From Macrostomum lignano (Eukaryota): DNA of 64,000 bases. Of this stretch, positions 24,795 through 37,900 are shown piece after piece. The notes beneath the pieces were generated by a model that was not told the DNA's origin, did no database searches, and worked only from the letters and a program-made list of their open reading frames with translations. Position numbers and translations under genes: made by a program. Position 1 is the first letter of the stretch. Each line of letters opens with the position of its first letter. The stretch spans positions 124,001-188,000 of the forward strand of contig NIVC01001548.1 of NCBI GenBank assembly GCA_002269645.1, given 5' to 3'.

Positions 24795-27700
24795 CTACTG
24801 CCCATGGTTTCCATACGGCAAGGATGTTGGCAGATTTGGCAGCAACCTGTGGCTTGGGCGCCTCGCCGAGGCTCCTGCTGCAGATGCTGCCGCTCCCGTG
24901 GCCTCTCCCGCTGAGATACCGGAGTCATTGGAGGACACAGCCTCAAAGCTTGCTTGGTTCGAAACCTCAGCACCTTCGGATCCAGCGCAGATGCTGATGC
25001 GCGCGCAGCCGTTGCCGCCGCTGCCAGCAGTGGTGTCGTCGATGTCACCACCGGCATCGTGTCGCGAGATGCTCAACTGGTAGTTGAACAGCTGCTTCTC
25101 TAGGCTGTAGTTCTCCGACTGCAGAGTCGACACTTCCCGGCTGATAGGGATGCGGTAAGGCAGGAGTGGACTCGTTAGTTTTTTGGTCGGTATTTGACAG
25201 GTATATGCGTGTAGTTGATCTTATTAGCCCAATCATTCAGTTTAGTCATGATTTTCGATTCTCTAGCATGTACAGCATATATTTGTACTTTTATGTAACT
25301 TTAAACTCCTCAACTGTGTGTAAAACATGCATGCATTTACTCTTAATTCAAACCTCATCTGGTGCTTGTGCAGCCGAACAATATCGTCGTAGTGGTGATA
25401 GAAGTCATGGTAAACCAGATGCGAGTGCAGCCACTCGATGTACACCGTCAGGCAGCCAGTCCGCGGCTCTGTGTAGCCGGCGTTGTGGTCACAGATCTGG
25501 GGGAGAAGTTTGGATTACAAATTCCTTTGGCATCTTTTTAAAGTCTTTTGGGCCGCCTATGACTTCATCTCAGGCAGTGCAGCGGGTCACTTGAAACGAA
25601 CGAGACTCATGTCACTCGGGCATTGGAGCGCTCTCAATACGCGTTTGTTTTAGCCTCAATACGCAGATACACCTTAGTATCAATAAAGGTAAATTTTCTT
25701 GTTTGTTAATAAAAAACTGTTTTCTTAAATTCTACGTGAAATTCAAGCAAGTTGTATAGTCGTGACAATCGGTTGCAGCAAACAGAAAGCTGAAATATTG
25801 TGCGACAAGACGCTCTGAAACTCGCCTCTCTGCTGTGTGTCAATTAAAAAATTGAATGAGACTATGTACGTAGACAGTGCCTGGTAAGCGAAGCGGATAA
25901 AAAGGCTTTCCTGCCTCTATCTTTCTAGGAAAGGGCGTCAAAACATAAGGACGGGACCGATGCTCCTGTGTCCTATTCGCAAGCATCTGGGGGACTATTC
26001 GGCTCTCAAAGGCTGTCAAAGAAAAGGTGTTCAACGGATTGACAGGTACAGGTCTTTTAGGGAAAATAAGCGACAAATATAGGAACAAAGGGTATTTATG
26101 ATCAAAGCCGTTTCGGCTCAGTGTCGATCGGATTTCTATTATTAATTCAAGGCTGCATGGCAAAAAAGAAAATGAGAGAGAATTAGCGATGACATTCGAA
26201 GGGTTTGTAGCCAAGGGACGCCCGATAACTCTCAGTTTAAACTGGTTTGAAGAAACCTTCAAGCAGCTGCAAGCAGCTATTAACTGACTTTTATATGCAA
26301 TTTTTAGTTCAAAAATATAAGGAACTAAAAATCTATTGTTGCCTTTTACACCTAATAATCGAAAGCCCTTTCCTGGCAACAATAGCATTGTTTTCCATCT
26401 GTAAATGATTGTTGCCGGATCTAAGATTTCCGGCCACTTCTTGTCCAATGGACAGTGACTGACCAAAAGCCGGCAAAAATTGTTTTAATATGGCTTTTTG
26501 CAGCCCATTTGGTCTTATGCGCATTGAATTTAATCCAAGATAGGTTTGCCAATGTACCGGAGCTTTTGTCTATGCTAGCAAGGCTGGCAGCGGCTTTTAA
26601 TTTGATAGAACAATAATCAATTTGGTCCATAGCTTCATTTGCAACTGCTGTGTTGGAGTAAGATCAGTCCCAGAATTGTGGACCATATGCTAAGCTGTCG
26701 AACGAGTGCCATTGGGCTGTGATCGAAGCACTCGACAGAGATGAACACCCAAATGACATTGCAAGGCTGCCGAATGTAAAAGAAAAGATGGTTTACAGCA
26801 TTCATTAGCGCGTTAAAACCACTGCCGGCAGAGGTCGCCTGCAAAAGGGTGGTGGCAATCGCCAAGGCAAGTTGCGAGAGCCTCAGGTCCAACTGCTACT
26901 CGATGCAGTTGAGACGAATCCTTTGTTGACGTTGTAGAAGTGCAGCAGAAGTGAAGGAACAGTTCCAGTTGGTTGTCAGATTTCATCATTTCGACTATCA
27001 GCAGAGCTCTGGAAAAGTGACTGAAAATTGTTGGTACAGACGCCGACATTCCAGCGGTGCGCAACAACCAGCAGACAGTTGCAAGAGGGCAAGAATTTGC
27101 CGAATGGCTCACGAGCGTTTGGATCAAATTGATGCTCGTTGGATCAAACTAAATGCCGCTGTGCCAGCCTTGCTACCATAGACAAAAGCCCAGTTACATT
27201 GGCAAGCCTATCTTGGATTAAATTCAATGCGCGTAAGCCCAAATGGGCTGCAAAAATATATAGTAATAGTAATACACGAACGATATATGTCTTGGCCATA
27301 GATATTAGAGCGCTAAACACATGCCGTCGTTATAGACATAAAATAGAACAATAATTACCTTAGTGCGTCCAAAGAGTTCTTAGACACCCCTCCTATCTCT
27401 GCATCTGTTTAACCGATTTTTTATAAAAATGTACAGAAACATCGACCTACATGTAATCAATTCAGTGCTAAAATTTCAGCTTAATCGGGTTGATAGAGCA
27501 AAAGCAATCGATCATTTACTGAGAAACCTATGAAATTAGCATTACGATTTTGGAAGAGCATCGAAACTGGACTCCAGTGGTGACATTGCAGCTCGTTTTT
27601 CTAAAAATTAATCAGCAAAATTCACTGCTTTCGCTGAGTATTGATAAATACCTTAATTGATTTAATACTAATGCAAGCTGTGAAGGTTTAGCCATAGATT

Positions 27701-30700
27701 AAAGAGCAAAAAACAACAAAGCAGTAAGCAGCATAGCCAGAGTGCGCTGAGACACGGAACCAGCCTCAGGTGGTTTAAGAGCAGAAGAATATTTCGCCGA
27801 TACGAAGTCTGCTTGCAACAAAGGGCGACAGTTTCAGCTCTGGGAGACGAGTTCAATCTGAGCAGATTCAGCACGCAGGATGAGTCCAAGAGGCCAGCGG
27901 TTCGCCAGCTTCCCCGAGCTGCAAGCGGCTGCTGAGGGCTGATCAGAGCGACACCTAGGGATATGTGGTCGGCGTGGATTGAGGATGAGGAGTTGCCGAT
28001 TCGATACGACAAGCGCATTCGACGGAATGAAGATTCTTCTGAAGATTTTCACGATTGGTGATCTGTTTTTGAAGTTCTGGAACTTGTCAGTTTGAACTGT
28101 TTGCTCGTTAACTTTCAAATTTTGTTGAGTTTAAAATCGTATTGCTAATTTCGTAGGTTCCTCAGTAAATGATCGATTGCTTTTGCTCTGTCAACCCGAT
28201 TAAGCTGAAACTTTAGCACTGAATTGATTACATATAGGTCCATGTTTGTGTCAATTTTTATAAAAATCGATTGAACAGATGCAGAGATAGGAGGGGTGTC
28301 TAAGAACTTTTTGGACGCACTAAAGTATTTTAATGCCCCTCTTCTGGCAGCAGAGCAATTGCATAAGCTGACGCCACGTAACGTACTATAAACATGCTTT
28401 ATGGTCTGAGTTTTCTGAACACCCATAATACAGCAACAAGTAACGTTTATTGAGTTGCATAAGATCCTATGAAACTCTGATAAATGAATTCAAATCTTAT
28501 TCTGAAATGCTAAATGCTAGCTAATTTATATCTTACAGCACGACTTACACACGGAAATGTCTCACTAAGTGTGCGGTAAGATTTGTCCAAAGAGGTAATC
28601 GGATTTCTGTCAAAGCAAGAAGCAAGGACTCAGAGCATCCAGCAGCGCAGCGCATAACCCTGTGACATTTTTAGCAAGGTGCCTTGGTGGTCCAAGTTTC
28701 AGGCCTGGCAAATCGGCTGGGCTGAAGGACTCGGGATGCTCAGTCATCGATGCATAATTATAAAAGAGGCAGATGAGGACTCAGCGGAGGCATTCAAAGA
28801 TCCCAAAGCGAAATGGGAAGCGAGTGGCATTTATTTTTGTCCCAAGGGCAATATCCGCCTAACATATAGCATCTCAGTCATTTCCAGTGGATTAGCTTTG
28901 CCCGCAGCTTAAGATCGGGCGGGCAGGGGGCGCAAGCAAACAGCAAGTCAGTGCGGGCTTTCTCCGCCTAATTCAGCAATAAACAAATGCGCATGATTTT
29001 GCAATCGGGCGAGTCCGGAATGCGGACTGGCAGGTCCCGCAAACTCGTGAGCGTGAGCAGGCAAACTTTGCGATCGCCATGCAGCAACAGACGGCCGAGA
29101 CTGATGAGGTGCGGGGCAGCCAGCGGGGCAGGAAACTCTGCCGCGAAAGCAGACTGAGAGGCACAGCCTGCATACCTATCCTTCACTAATTAGCAAAAAA
29201 GTGAGATGAGCAGAAGAGGATATTCAGAAAAGACAGGCGAATTCCGCGGACAGAAAGATGCGAGAGAGTCTGCTGGAATGGGATCGGGCTGGGGAGGGGC
29301 TGAAGCGAGAGGGAATTGGAAAATCCGGCCATGGCATCTGCCTACAAAGTGGCTCTCTTGTACACACAGGCCTTTGTGTGTAAACAAGGCATCTCACTAT
29401 GTTGCATATGCTCCACGATTCGCTTTCCCAAATCTGTAAGCAATTCATCAGAAAGCATTCTACAACACCAGGACGCCGCGTTGTGTGCCCCATCAGAATT
29501 TTGGCAAAGCCATGAGCGAGAGCGACCCAGATTTAACTCAGTCTGTGTGACAGAGTGGTATTTTTACTTGACGTAGCAGAATTGTACCATAAATAGCTTA
29601 CCGGAGGACGAAGCGGTGCCTATTTGATAGATTCCAATCGGAATCCTATTAAACCTAAATTCAAGAGTTTCCCACTGAGCTCTGCGGCTGCACGCTTCCT
29701 GTCTGACTTTCCGTAGAGACAAGCACTAGAGAGAGAGGAGAGGTCTACCGAATGGCAGCTGAACTAGAACTGCTTTGACATGGTCTCGGACCCCTATGAA
29801 CTTACTGCAGAGGCCGATCAATAACTGCAGCTTTATGCAAATCAGGCTCTGCATTTGGAAGGCGAGTCTCAAGCCGGATTTCAACGTCAGAATTTGGGGA
29901 TTGGCGCCGCATTGACTAGAAGTCCTTGGCGCAAAGGAGGAAGCTGAAGTGGCCCCCATATCAAACTAATTAAAAGGCCTCGAGTATGAGGATTTCTGCT
30001 CAGTGTCTACAGCACACAGCCAACCAACCAATTGATTAAGAGCTTGTCAACAGGGCTCTATTATTGACGAGATGTGACCTGGGGAGACAGCAGCCTGGCT
30101 TATTCATGCCCGCGTGCTCACAGGCCCTGAGCAACTCCTCGCCTCCTGTTCCCGCTAGTCTCCATGCAGATTACTGATCCGTTCGATTAAGCCTCAGTCG
30201 CTTGAGCTCAGCGTCTCGCGACCTGATGGATGAGCGGTGCAGCCGAGCCGTGAATTACTTCTGACGAGGGAGCTCCTTTCGTTTACACAAGAATTAATTA
30301 CAGATCTGAGAAGTCTTCAAAGATCAAGGATCTTAAAAATGAACGCTTTCCCATATTACGAGTGGATCGAGCATCAGACGTACCCATTACCAGTATCATC
30401 TATAATAGCTGAAACGTTTCTCTTGCAAAATATTCTATTCTATTGAGTAGAATATGTCGAGGTGAGTTCACTTAAAGTGGAATATATTCAGTTGATTGTG
30501 GCCCTTACTATAGCATATTTAAAACAGTTCATATTAGTTGCACAGCTACATGTAGAACGCTATCTAATCCCACCTTTAAAGGAGAAAACAACCCCCATCC
30601 CGACTTACCTCCTCAACCGGCACCTCCACCTCGACCTCAAAGCCGCCGTCCCCATCCTTCTGCGAGTAATATCCCGTGAAAGGTCCGTTAAGAGCAGAGA

Positions 30701-31766
30701 CAGGCGGCCTGCTCTTGTCTGCAGGCACCACGCAGGCGTTCCAGCTGACCAGACGAGCAAAATGTCGCGGCACATTCTTGACATCGCTGTAGAACAAGCG
30801 CAGCCTAAGTTGTCGACCGAGAATGTCGCTCTCTACCACCCACTGCTGCTTGTCAGTGTCATAGCATCTGGCCCCGCTCTTATTTCTGCTGGTAGGAATC
30901 AGATCCACCGGGGTTACTGGCCACACGGACAGCAAGGAGATGCTCAGCCGCAGAGGGGTTCGGGGACTGAGACTTGCGAATAAACCAGCTGCTGCTTGAC
31001 CGATAGACTGGGCTGGGCCGTAGCCTTTGGCGTCCAACAGCTGGTCGATGACATCCGTGTGGTAGATGTAGCCACCAGCCTGAAAACTGGCCCGATAACG
31101 GATGCGGCACAGGTGATCAAAGCTGTTGTGCCTTTGCATGAGAAGGCTGGGTTGGCAGGGTTGCAGGCGGCCACATCCGTCAGGCTCGCGGACATTGACG
31201 ACCATGTTCCAGTCACAGCTGGCGAAGGTAAAATAGGAACTCTCAATGCTTTCGGCATCTAGCTGGCCCCTGACATCCCTGAGCGAAGGAAGAATTTCCT
31301 CCTTGAACTCGGTGCTCGCACTGCGCAGCTCAACCTCGACCAATGCGCGGCCATCCGGGAACATGAAGCCTCTCTGCTCCAGATCAGCCACGCACAGGCA
31401 GGTGGCCCGGCCCAGCTGAATGCAGGACGGGCCAAACACCATGCCCTTCTCCTGATAGGTCTCGTTACCCGTAAAGTGGTTCCGGTTGAGTACAGTGAAG
31501 CTGAAATCGAGGCGTACTTCAGTCCGCTCGGCAGGACTCCGAAGCCCCAGGAAGCAGCCCAGGTGCCGATCGTCCCTGGTGAACACCACGCGCCACTTTT
31601 GGTAGGCGTAGGCAAAGTCTTTCGAACCGCACTCTGGCAGGTATCCCTTGAGCAGGTGTGGCGGCAGAATGAAAGTAAACACCTGCGTGCTGTGACGGTC
31701 ATTCAACGACACGCAACGGTGCAGAAATGCAGCTTGCGTTGGTTTTTGAGAACTAGTGTGAGTCAT
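24795..31766 (-). CDS. Uncharacterised protein with tandem MATH/TRAF-like domains and a C-terminal His-rich/coiled-coil region; complement(join(24795..25140,25354..25496,30609..31766)), 548 aa
   Basis: Exon 1 has MATH-like segments (SKDFAYAYQKWRVVF..LGCFLGL..LDFSFTVLNRNHF, SSYFTFASCDWNMVV). It joins in phase 0 via GTAAGT..CCCCAG to ICDHNAG...YIEWLHSHLVYHDFYHHYDDIVRLHKHQM, then in phase 2 to REVSTLQSENYSLEKQLFNYQ. The spliced length is divisible by 3. Confidence 0.8.
26495..27256. repeat. ~112-bp inverted repeat pair (26495-26606 / 27143-27256) in MATH-gene intron, probable TIR element
   Basis: TTTTTGCAGCCCATTTGG...GCTAGCAAGGCTGGCAGCGG is the reverse complement of CCGCTGTGCCAGCCTTGCTACC...CCAAATGGGCTGCAAAAA. 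Confidence 0.7.
27363..28320. mobile_element. TA-flanked non-autonomous DNA transposon with ~190-bp TIRs
   Basis: TA|GTGCGTCCAAAGAGTTCTTAGACACCCCTCC... and ...GGAGGGGTGTCTAAGAACTTTTTGGACGCAC|TA. Arms are ~27363-27550 and ~28135-28320. Confidence 0.85.
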
Positions 31767-33862
31767 TACAGCAGGTTATACTGTTGAATGCTAGGGTTCG
31801 AATGTAGGCTGAAAGTTCACTGCAAACTGTATTTTTATTATGATGCAAAAGACAGTGGCAAAAGGCAGTTTTTCTCATGATCTGTAAACCCCAATGGAAT
31901 ATCGATGTGGCTAAAGCATCTCTCTTCTCTAAATATTCCCCACAGAGCCAATGAGGATTTAGCTAAGCTTCTTTGGCCAATGGAAGATTCAGCACTGCAT
32001 TATCTGACAGTAGAAAATCGTTGCGTCTTAAGAGTAGAGATTTTTATACAATTAATAAGCTGAATCCTTAAGGATCGCCCATAGTCCATGCAGCTTCCAA
32101 ATTGGTTTTAACAGTCTTCTTTAGCTTAAAGTTTATAGGCAAGAAAGCGAATTGCCCAACATTGGGGAATCTATACTGTAACTATGCAGTCACAAGCACC
32201 AGCCATAAATTTCATGTCAGCACATCGTCATCAAGCCTGCATGCAAAGCTGAACTTGAGTACAGATAGAGTGCTCGAAGTATTGTACTCGTATTACCATT
32301 TTCTATGAGCGCGGCAGATACATTTTGAAGCTCCGAGAACTTGAAGCCCTGATCTCAGAGATAAGCCGCTTTCTGTGGGAGTGACGGTCGATAATTCACT
32401 CAGCTTTTATCCCATAAAAGTACTCGGCCAGTAAAATTTGTGGCTAGCAATCATCAATTTTTAGAAAAATCTTGCTCCCATTGCATAATCAACTCTGCGC
32501 AAACTGTAGGTGGCCGCGCAGTTTCTCTTTTGCGACTGCAAGTGATCACGAATGCAGATTAAGTTCTCGATGACGGAACTTAAATATGCAATAGCATGCT
32601 GTCTGCAATCGGCATTTATTTTGATTATAAAATTATAACTGAATGGAAATAGATGTACACTCGAACTGCATGTACTAATCAACTAATGCTGCTGCGGCTA
32701 AAGTACCTGTAGAAGGCTACTACCCTAGCTAATCGCATGGATTTCTCAGTATATACGTTCGTAGTTTTTTTTGTATCAACAGGAAGACAGTACGAGCGCT
32801 CGTAGCCTCAGCACACCGGTGACGATCGTATCGAGAAACTGTTCTGGCCTTAGAGCTAGGTTACCTTATAGCTGACTCCTGTCTCAACAATTAATGAACG
32901 TATAGCTTTTCCCAACCAACCAGAGCGTTCTGCTCTACATCATGCTTTCGAGTTCTCTCCGTCTAGCTCGCGAAGGCGTATTCAGCATGTCAGTGAAGTA
33001 TGAGACAGACTGCATGTATCTATCGTCTTTCGAGCCATGATCTGCGATGCTTCACGCCTGTCCCTCTATTCTGCGGGTAAAGACTGCAGGTCTACAAGCC
33101 TCAGATCCCCCCACGCTGTCTCGCAAGTCGACCTAGGCCTCTCAAGTTACTAGCCTTGAAGCCAGCGACCCATCCAGTGGCTTCAGCCAAAGTTGGATAT
33201 ACTGACTAGCTCACCCTCAAAGCCTAAGTGTTTGACAGTGCCGATGGGGCTGGAAGGCCGGAGAGTAGTCCTGTCGCTATAGCTGTCATTTTGTTAACTG
33301 GCTATTGGCTGGGGAGTTGGTCAGTTGGGTACTCAACTCGCATAACGAGTAGCTCCACTCCCGCTTTCAGCTATTGGCTTTCTGTCAATTCAAATAAAAC
33401 TGATATGGTCTCCATCGGTACTCAGCCGCTTCAGATGCTACCTGCACCAGCAGCTCGAACCCAGCCCAACCTGGGCTCAACTGGAGGGCCTACTGCCGAC
33501 AACCTTGAGCGCAAGTCCAAACATCGGCGCACGGCTAAAGTTCGACGATAGCGCAACATCCGCCGCAACCTTAAGCGGCAGGAGAAGTTTGCGTTGTTGC
33601 ATCTGCGGAAGGCCAGCAGGCCACGGTTGAGGCCTTCGCAAACCTCCGAGGCTGGAGGCTGAGGCTGGAGACGCGGCTGGGCCGTCAGGAGGCACGGTGT
33701 CCTCGAACTCTCCAGGGGGCTACCATGCGAACAACCCACGACCAAAAGACAAAGAATTTCAAAGATAACCCAAGGACTACAGTGGTCCTTGAGACGACCT
33801 ACGAGACATACGCCTCTAAGGTGAAGTGTATGCCGCTCCAACTCGCTGTGATGATTCTCGGC

Positions 33863-34038
33863 GAGCATGCTTGGGCGCAACCTAGGGATTCACCCAACCG
33901 TTTCTATTGGCAACACACATACTGCAGTGTATATGTATGTCGCTATTGGACAGAATAGAAGTCACGTGACTGCTCTCAGCCAGTATAGCGGCTTACATGT
34001 GTGTGTTGCCAATAGAAACGGCCGGGTGATTCCCAAGG
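33863..34038. mobile_element. Palindromic MITE centred on GTCACGTGAC (copy 2)
   Basis: Hairpin GGGATTCACCC..CGTTTCTATTGGCAACACACAT...GTCACGTGAC...ATGTGTGTGTTGCCAATAGAAACGGCCGGGTGATTCCC. Confidence 0.85.
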
Positions 34039-34981
34039 ACCTCAAGCCCAATTTAAACTGCTTTCGACGTAGTGTGGCGCACTATCGACAATGGCCGGGG
34101 CTGTTCAACCTGACCCTATGAGGCATCCGTCGTGGAAATCTCCAAGTCAACGAAGACGAACGGGTGAACTCTCCAGTGGTGCAACTCAAAGAAGAGCACA
34201 CATCTCTGTAAGCGTCTCCTCAAGCTCAACTAGCACAGAAAACAGCAGCAGCAGTCCAGTCGCCGAGTGAAGGGGGCGCAAAACGGCCAGGTGTACACAC
34301 CACCTGCCACAAGGTTTTCAAACTCTTTGGAGGCAGAAAAAGTGGGTGAACCCGAACCAATGGACGTGGGCAACTTAACCCTCACCGATAAGGCGATGGG
34401 GGAGGATGAGTTGTTCTTCTCTTCCGCTGGACAATAGGCATGAATGTCTACTAGGGCATCCACTGCTTGCAGACCGGCAGCATAGCATCGCTGCATCACT
34501 TAACCTGATGAAGCACACTGACTAGAATATGTCCTCTCCAGCTAACAGTGCTTAACTATGGCTTGGGAGAACAAACTAAGGAACAGTGATTTTTTATAAT
34601 AAATGAACGCTGAAATGCAGTCACGGCTCTCGCTCGAGCTCAGTTCACAGTCAGTAATGAACAAACTTTCTCGCCTTTTTACGATCGCATGTGCACAAGT
34701 ACTGCTCTTTTTACAGCTTTAAGCCAAGCTTAATATTGTAGTTGCCAATGGGACGCCAAATCGTGATTTTGTCAATCGTTTTTTTTATTTTCGCACCAGT
34801 TTGAATTAAGATTTAAAAATAACTTTTAAGATATATATCTTGCGCCGCTTCGCTTCGCTTGCCAAGCTATATAAGGCCGTCGATCAGACTGTTGCATGCT
34901 TGCATTAAAAGTATAGCGGAGCAAGAACAACATTTTTATTGCTAAAGACTCTGTTTTTGTTAATTATCACTTGTTAGTACT

Positions 34982-37900
34982 ATGGATCAGTTTGATCAGA
35001 CATTTTTAGAAAAGCTTGGATCTCTAAATGGTACCCAAGCAAGCATTCAGAATTTGTCAAGCTGGTTAATTCAGAATAAAAACAAATGTAAGCACGTAGG
35101 GAAATTGTGGTATAAAGAGCTGAAAAAGGGTAAGTATAACTATCATCCTTTAAATTTGAAACAAACTGTCTCCTAAAATACAATTTCAGCTATTTTTTAA
35201 TACTAGGCTAAGTATTTCAAGATTGTACCTTTTTAGCATGTATTAGGTAACATGTTTACTATAGTAGAATGTCAATAGATGCTGGGCTTAGTTTAATTTA
35301 AGTATAAGTACTGTAGTATAAATGGTAAATTAAATTTCTAAATTGACTTTTGTAGGCCTATTTAAAAAAATGCCGGTGGCCGTATCTATAAGTATGGACC
35401 TAGTCATTATTAGAGACACGGCTGCTGTGTCAATGAAACTTGCATGGCAGCCATGTCGTTAATATTGAATGGGTTCACACTTAAAGACACAGTGGGTGGC
35501 CATGTTTTTAATATTGAATGGGTTCACACTTAGAGCATACGTGTGCAACCTTGGGAATCACCCGGCCGTTTCTATTGGCAACGCAGACATGTAAGTCGCT
35601 ATTGGCTGAGAGCAGTCACGTGACTACTATTCTGTCCAATAGCGACATACATGTGTGTGTTGCCAATAGAAGCGGCCGGGTGAATCCCAAGGTTGCGCCC
35701 AAGCATGACTTAGAGACACAGTGGGTGGCCATGTCATTAATATTGAATAGGTTCACACTTAGTGACACTGTGGGTGGCCATGTCTCTAATATTGGAGCTT
35801 GTAGGCATGGCTGCCATTGCCATGTATATAATCATCAATTGGATGAAAAAATCAATCAATTGAAAAGTCTGAGTTTTTTTTAATTTAAAAAAAATTAAAA
35901 TTAATTCTTAAGAGTAACATGAAATCATTTTAAAGTGCTGCCACAATTATATATATATATATAGCTACTGAAAAGAAATATTTTTTATACATATTATTGG
36001 CTGCATTTTAAGATTTAGTGTTACTCTTATTAAAAAAATAATTTAATTGAATTGAATTTATTCTTTTTAAACTTAAAAAGTTAGAGATGGAAAATTTTGT
36101 TTGCTAAAAAAATTCAAATAAAAAAACTCTGACAACTTGGGATTTGAACCTAGCTACTCGCAATCACAAGGCAATCAACATATCCACTAAGCCACCACTT
36201 GCTTCTAAGAGGGCCCTACAGAACACGCATTTTATATTGATGATTATAGCTGTGCCTATAAGCTCAAATATTATAGACACGGCTGCCATGCCTATAAATA
36301 CTCCATTAAAAAAATAAGATAAGGCACACAAGATAAGATAAGAAACTTTATATTTATAAAAGTGCTTAAGAAACTCAAGAAAGTTCACTTTTAATTATAT
36401 TTTACAATAATAAAAATATTAATTTACAATTACAATAATATATAAATTATTAATGTAAATTAATATTAATTGTTATAATTCATTTTATTAATTTTTAAGG
36501 GCCTATTTTTATTCTTTTGATTTATTTTAATTTTGAAAGATCTTTCAGTTTTATCATCTAGGTTTATAAAACTAGGTTATTATTGTTAAATAGCTTTAGG
36601 CTTCATAATTTTTTAAAGGTAAAGACTATTAAAAGCATTTATAACAGATTCATTATGATAGGCTTTGTCTATTAAATAAATAAGGATTTTTATTTTAATA
36701 CATTTTTTTATTTTCTTTAAAATTTACAGTTTCTAATCAATTTAACCTATTAAAATAAGTATAGAATACCTATTAATGCATAACAAAGGACCTAAAATTG
36801 TAGCTCAAAGACAATACAACACAGAACATATTAACTTTAGTATTGAATACAAGTACAAGCATTGATTAGATAACAAAAAATTTAGCCTTAATTAGACAAT
36901 CATAGTTACTTTTGCTATTTACCTAAAAACTATATTTACAACATCTGCTTTGACTCTAGCTCACTAGCTACAATATGATATTAGAAAATTCCAAAATTAT
37001 GATTAACAGTTGGATGCCTTTTGTCCATTTATTCCAATAAAGAATTTAACAATGAGTACTATAACGGATGTCCAAAAAGTAATGTTACTTTTACTTGTAG
37101 CAAACATTTGATACATTGCATATATATAAGTTTGGTATTGTTTGAAAGTGGCAAGTTTTTTTAAAAATTATTTAAACTGCAATCGATTTAGATTTGTATT
37201 TTAAGAGATATGTGCATTTAAATAAAAGGAGATTGGTCATAGACTTATAGAACATTAGACACAAGTTTTCTATATTGACAATCTAGCTTCATATCCTCAG
37301 TGAGCCATTAGGGAACCCAATAGGCACTTAGCTTGACATGAATCATCTGCAGACATTTGTAAACTGTGGACTTTAAATAATCTAGTTTATTAGCTATTTT
37401 GCAGATGCTTTGGTGGCAGTCTTCATTGATCAATGATCAAGTCAAGAATGCAATCTATTAGGCTGCTACTATCACAGATCTCATAGTATCCTGACTCTAG
37501 CATATTGCTCACATTAGTTTTTCTACCCTTGGACTCATTCAGTTGCCTATTCATTATCTTTCTGATAAAAAAGCATGATAGATTTTGCAGACGCTTTGGT
37601 AGTAAGTCTTTATCAATCAAGTCAAGAATGGATCCAAGATGAGGCCACTACTGGCATGGATCTCAGGGTATCCTGACCTTCAGTCAGTTTAGTTCTAGTT
37701 CATGTCAGTTCTTCCACCCCTGAACTCATTCACCTACTTGTTCATTGTCATTTTGTTGACAGAATGGTTGCCATGTGTAGTTCAGAGTTGCCTTATGAAT
37801 ATCAGCTGCTTTGCACCCGGATCTCCAAAGTGTAAAGATGGCATGTTGCTTCCTAGTCTTTGAATGCATGTTTATTTGCCAATTAATGGATCAAAATTGA

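Noticed and set aside
25840-26466. 208-aa minus-strand ORF in the MATH-gene intron
   Set aside because: It starts at a non-ATG codon, has AT-rich codon use unlike real exons here, shows no recognisable motif and overlaps an inverted-repeat element.
29095-29175. CTGATGAG...GAAA resembling a hammerhead ribozyme core
   Set aside because: Stem II does not close adjacent to the core, and stem III is followed by A rather than the required U-H cleavage site.
34100-34440. EPEPMDVG motif reminiscent of Ty3/Gypsy gag
   Set aside because: The motif is short, frames are interrupted by stops, and no other gag or pol hallmark is nearby. Too weak to call.
37420-37900. Possible decayed reverse-transcriptase fragment
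   Set aside because: Only a vague resemblance to the PQGS.LGP region, with no intact motif in any frame. It needs a TBLASTN/HMM search.
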